Position numbers and translations under genes: made by a program. Below the pieces are notes generated by a model. It ran no database searches, was not told the DNA's origin, and saw only the letters and a program-made list of their open reading frames with translations. A DNA stretch of 58,618 nt from Parcubacteria group bacterium (lineage in GTDB: Bacteria; Patescibacteriota; Patescibacteriia; UBA9934; GWF2-40-263): positions 1 through 58,618 of the forward strand of contig JABMNZ010000014.1 of assembly GCA_013204395.1 (NCBI GenBank). The letters are read 5' to 3'. Shown here in pieces: positions 56,523 through 58,618 of this stretch (its first letter is position 1; each line of letters starts with the position of its first letter).

Positions 56523-57296
56523 TTAAATTCTTCCCTCTTCGCGCAACATGAATTCTCTCGCTAGCCTCTCATAAGATCTGGCGGCTTTGGATGATGGGTC
56601 GTATCCTAAAATAGTTTTTCCAAATGACGGCGCCTCTGCCAAACGAACCGATCGAGGAATGACTGATCTAAAAATCTTGTCAGGAAAATATCTATACAAC
56701 TCCTCTAAAACCTCTCTAGACAACCGAGTCCGACCATCGTACATAGTTATCACTGCACCCATCACCTCAAGGGACGGCTTTATGTTCTCACGTACCAAAT
56801 TCACTGTGTTCAAAAGCTGAGTGAGGCCCTCAAGGGCGTAATACTCGGCCTGAACAGGTATAAGAACCGAATCTGCAGCCGTAAGGCCATTAAGCGTCAG
56901 CATACCGAGAGATGGCGGGTTGTCGATAAAAATGTAGTCGTAATCATTACGGACCTCTAGGAGTGCCTTGCGTAGAAAGTGCTCGCGCTCATCAGCATTC
57001 ACAAGCTCCACACTAGCACCAGCAAGCGCCTGAGTAGCTGGAAGAACCTTCAAGCCATGATGATCCGTGTTATGGATGAGGCTGCGTACACTATGAGATC
57101 CAATGAGACCCTCATAAACTCCAGCGGCTAAGGTCTTGTGATCTATGCCCAGTCCAGATGTAGCATTCGCCTGTGGATCTAAATCAACAAGAAGGACAAA
57201 TTTTCCGGCATCAGCTAAATAAGCAGCTAAATTTAAAGCCGTTGTTGTCTTCCCCACTCCTCCCTTTTGATTCACTACTGAAATAATATGAGCCAT
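56523..57296 (-). CDS. parA: Chromosome partitioning ATPase ParA/Soj
   Basis: NQKGGVGKTTT, DLDPQANAT, IDNPPSLG, QAEYYALEG, LAEAPSFG. Confidence 0.96.
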   Translation of the reverse strand: MAHIISVVNQKGGVGKTTTALNLAAYLADAGKFVLLVDLDPQANATSGLGIDHKTLAAGVYEGLIGSHSVRSLIHNTDHHGLKVLPATQALAGASVELVNADEREHFLRKALLEVRNDYDYIFIDNPPSLGMLTLNGLTAADSVLIPVQAEYYALEGLTQLLNTVNLVRENIKPSLEVMGAVITMYDGRTRLSREVLEELYRYFPDKIFRSVIPRSVRLAEAPSFGKTILGYDPSSKAARSYERLAREFMLREEGRI

Positions 57297-57368
57297 AGCA
57301 GTGGGAATATTATAACGCATTGGAGTGATTAAAAAAACAGCTCCGAAATACATCGGAGCTACTTTTTG

Positions 57369-57455
57369 TGGTGCCGGGAGCGGGGCTTGAACCCGCACAT
57401 GGTTACCCATATAGGTGTTTGAGACCTACGCGTCTACCAGTTCCGCCATCCCGGC
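57369..57455 (-). tRNA. tRNA-Leu(CAA)
   Basis: GCCGGGATGGCGGAACTGGTAGACGCGTAGGT-CTCAAAC-ACCTA, long variable arm, GGTTCAAG T-loop, CCA end. Confidence 0.95.
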
Positions 57456-57488
57456 AAAGAAAAACCTCCAGTTGCCTGAAGGTTTTTC

Positions 57489-57565
57489 TGGTAGCTGGAG
57501 AGGGATTTGAACCCTCGACCTCGGGCTTATGAGTCCCACGCTCTAACCAACTGAGCTATCCAGCC
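57489..57565 (-). tRNA. tRNA with CAT anticodon, probably elongator Met (Ile2 not excluded)
   Basis: GGCTGGATAGCTCAGTTGGTTAGAGCGTGGGA-CTCATAA-GCCCG...TCCAGCTACCA. G1:U72 acceptor, not initiator-type. Confidence 0.9.
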
Positions 57566-57664
57566 GCCATATAGGCAGAGCGAATATATCGTATTTTAAC
57601 TCGATTGACAAGAGATTATTCTGGCCAGAAATACTGGCCCGATTCCCTCCCATCAATCCAACCA

Positions 57665-57693
57665 TTGACAAAACCAAACTTTTCACGTATTCT
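57665..57693 (+). promoter_or_regulatory. Sigma70-type promoter
   Basis: TTGACA-17 nt-TATTCT. Confidence 0.7.
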
Positions 57694-57699
57694 CTCACT

Positions 57700-57813
57700 A
57701 GATAACTGAATCATCCGGCTCAAAACCGGAAGAGAGTTCGTGCCTTCGCTTAAAAAGTTTGAGCGGTAGACATGAGCTCTGAAACATCAGAGCCTTTTCG
57801 GCTCTATTTTTTT
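57700..57813 (+). ncRNA. Candidate riboswitch-like leader with intrinsic terminator
   Basis: Multi-stem structure followed by agagcc-ttttc-ggctct and A-T7; a competing gctctga/tcagagc antiterminator helix is possible. Confidence 0.6.
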
Positions 57814-57844
57814 GCGAGAAAATCTTTCTAATAAAGTCATAACC

Positions 57845-58444
57845 ATGACTCATATCAAAAAAATTGTCCTCACCGGCGGCCCCTGTGCTGGTAAAACAAC
57901 CATCTTCAACAAACTCAAAGAAGACTACCAAGATAGGATCGTGTTTGTTCCAGAAGTGGCCACAAAGCTTTTTGACGAAGGTTACCAACGAGAAGGATCT
58001 GAACCAACACCCCAGTGGCAAAATACCTTTCAAAGCGCAGTCATGAACGCTCAGATGAAACTAGAAGCGGAAGCCGAAACAGAAGCTCTGGCCGCAGGCA
58101 AAACTGTCATAGTCTGTGACCGAGGAACACTAGATGGGGGGGCTTACACGATTGGAGGAAAACAAGCGTTCTGTGATCTAAACAGTCTAAACGCACAAGA
58201 AATTATTGATGGCTATGACACTGTGATTCATCTTGAAAGCATGGCAATCGGCGATCCAGAGGCCTACGAAAATACTTCCAATACCCACAGACTTGAGAGC
58301 GTTGAAACCGCAACGAAACTCGACCAAGCAATCTGGGACGCGTGGACAGGACATCCACAACATATCAGAATCCGTTGTGATGGAGGCATGAGGATCAAGC
58401 AACACCTTGTAGATAAGGTTATCCAAAAAGCGTTGGGAGAATAA
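57845..58444 (+). CDS. AAA_28 (NadR/Ttd14-like) P-loop kinase/ATPase
   Basis: KIVLTGGPCAGKTT, VPEVAT, VCDRGTLDG, YDTVIHL, NTHRLES. Confidence 0.85.
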   Translation: MTHIKKIVLTGGPCAGKTTIFNKLKEDYQDRIVFVPEVATKLFDEGYQREGSEPTPQWQNTFQSAVMNAQMKLEAEAETEALAAGKTVIVCDRGTLDGGAYTIGGKQAFCDLNSLNAQEIIDGYDTVIHLESMAIGDPEAYENTSNTHRLESVETATKLDQAIWDAWTGHPQHIRIRCDGGMRIKQHLVDKVIQKALGE

Positions 58445-58463
58445 AGTCAAAAAAATATCAAAT

Positions 58464-58494
58464 AAAAAAGTACCACCGTTGGTGATACTTTTTT
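58464..58494. terminator. Bidirectional terminator (original tRNA-fMet terminator)
   Basis: aaaaaagtaccacc-gtt-ggtgatactttttt hairpin. Confidence 0.7.
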
Positions 58495-58538
58495 GGTTGC
58501 GGGGGTTGGATTTGAACCAACGACCTTCAGGTTATGAG
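58494..58538 (-). pseudogene. 3' half of initiator tRNA-Met (anticodon loop to CCA); att site of an integrated element
   Basis: CTCATAA-CCTGA-AGGTC-GTTGGTTCAAATCCAAC-CCCCGCA-ACCA, exactly tRNA positions 32-76. The upstream sequence cannot form the anticodon stem or D arm. Confidence 0.85.
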
Positions 58539-58618
58539 TTTGTTTATTCACTGTTGTCACAAATTGACAGAAATTGCCAGAACCTGAAATTACTGTTATT
58601 TTTCAATATATTAAACTA
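58539..58618. mobile_element. End of a second integrated element extending beyond the window
   Basis: Non-tRNA AT-rich sequence abutting the tRNA fragment, with tandem 10-mers aaattgacag/aaattgccag (58561-58580). Confidence 0.6.

Noticed and set aside
57297-57410. N-terminal extension of ParA in the ORF track (also of pyk, hisS, LCP, rel, hsdR)
   Set aside because: The extensions overlap tRNA-Leu, promoters or neighbouring genes; downstream ATGs match the family N-termini.
55600-57700. parS sites, DnaA-box cluster (oriC) or NrdR boxes near parAB
   Set aside because: No TGTTTCACGTGAAACA-like palindrome, TTATCCACA cluster or convincing NrdR box found by eye.
58494-58560. Group I intron interrupting tRNA-fMet
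   Set aside because: The whole anticodon loop including C32-U33 is on the 3' side and the preceding base is not a terminal G, which fits an att crossover better.
1-58618. CRISPR array or cas operon
   Set aside because: No regularly spaced direct repeats seen. The Cas4-like domain of DUF2779 has no cas1/cas2 neighbours.

Overview
Bacterial chromosome segment, genetic code 11. The gene content suggests a Patescibacteria/CPR organism: VirB2-type pilin-fused giant surface proteins, TSP3-repeat membrane proteins, a short Rel, and few Shine-Dalgarno sites. This taxonomic call is inference only. There are three zones. (1) 1..~17250 is a visibly AT-richer island downstream of tRNA-Asp. It carries a large serine recombinase, a type I R-M system with HsdM fused to half an HsdS, a frameshifted YgjP-like M48 protein, and many nucleases. 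These include a seven-gene co-oriented cluster (GIY-YIG, HNH, HNH, DUF2779, Zn-ribbon/PD-(D/E)XK, HEPN, Zn-finger) behind a structured leader. (2) ~17357..57565 is mostly core genome: pyk, htrA, nrdR, ftsZ, ftsA, dgkA, ybeY, rpsU, hisS, lepB, LCP, der, pth, dprA, topA, rel, parAB and three tRNAs. It includes a ~16 kb surface/adhesin locus with a 3692-aa protein and a YqeY-pilin fusion. (3) The right end has an AAA_28-like kinase gene with a riboswitch-like leader, and a displaced 3' half of initiator tRNA-Met marking the att site of a second integrated element. The most notable unannotated signals are the multi-nuclease cluster, a leader-peptide attenuator upstream of a GNAT gene, and several other structured 5' leaders. 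All calls come from reading motifs by eye; no searches or folding calculations were run.
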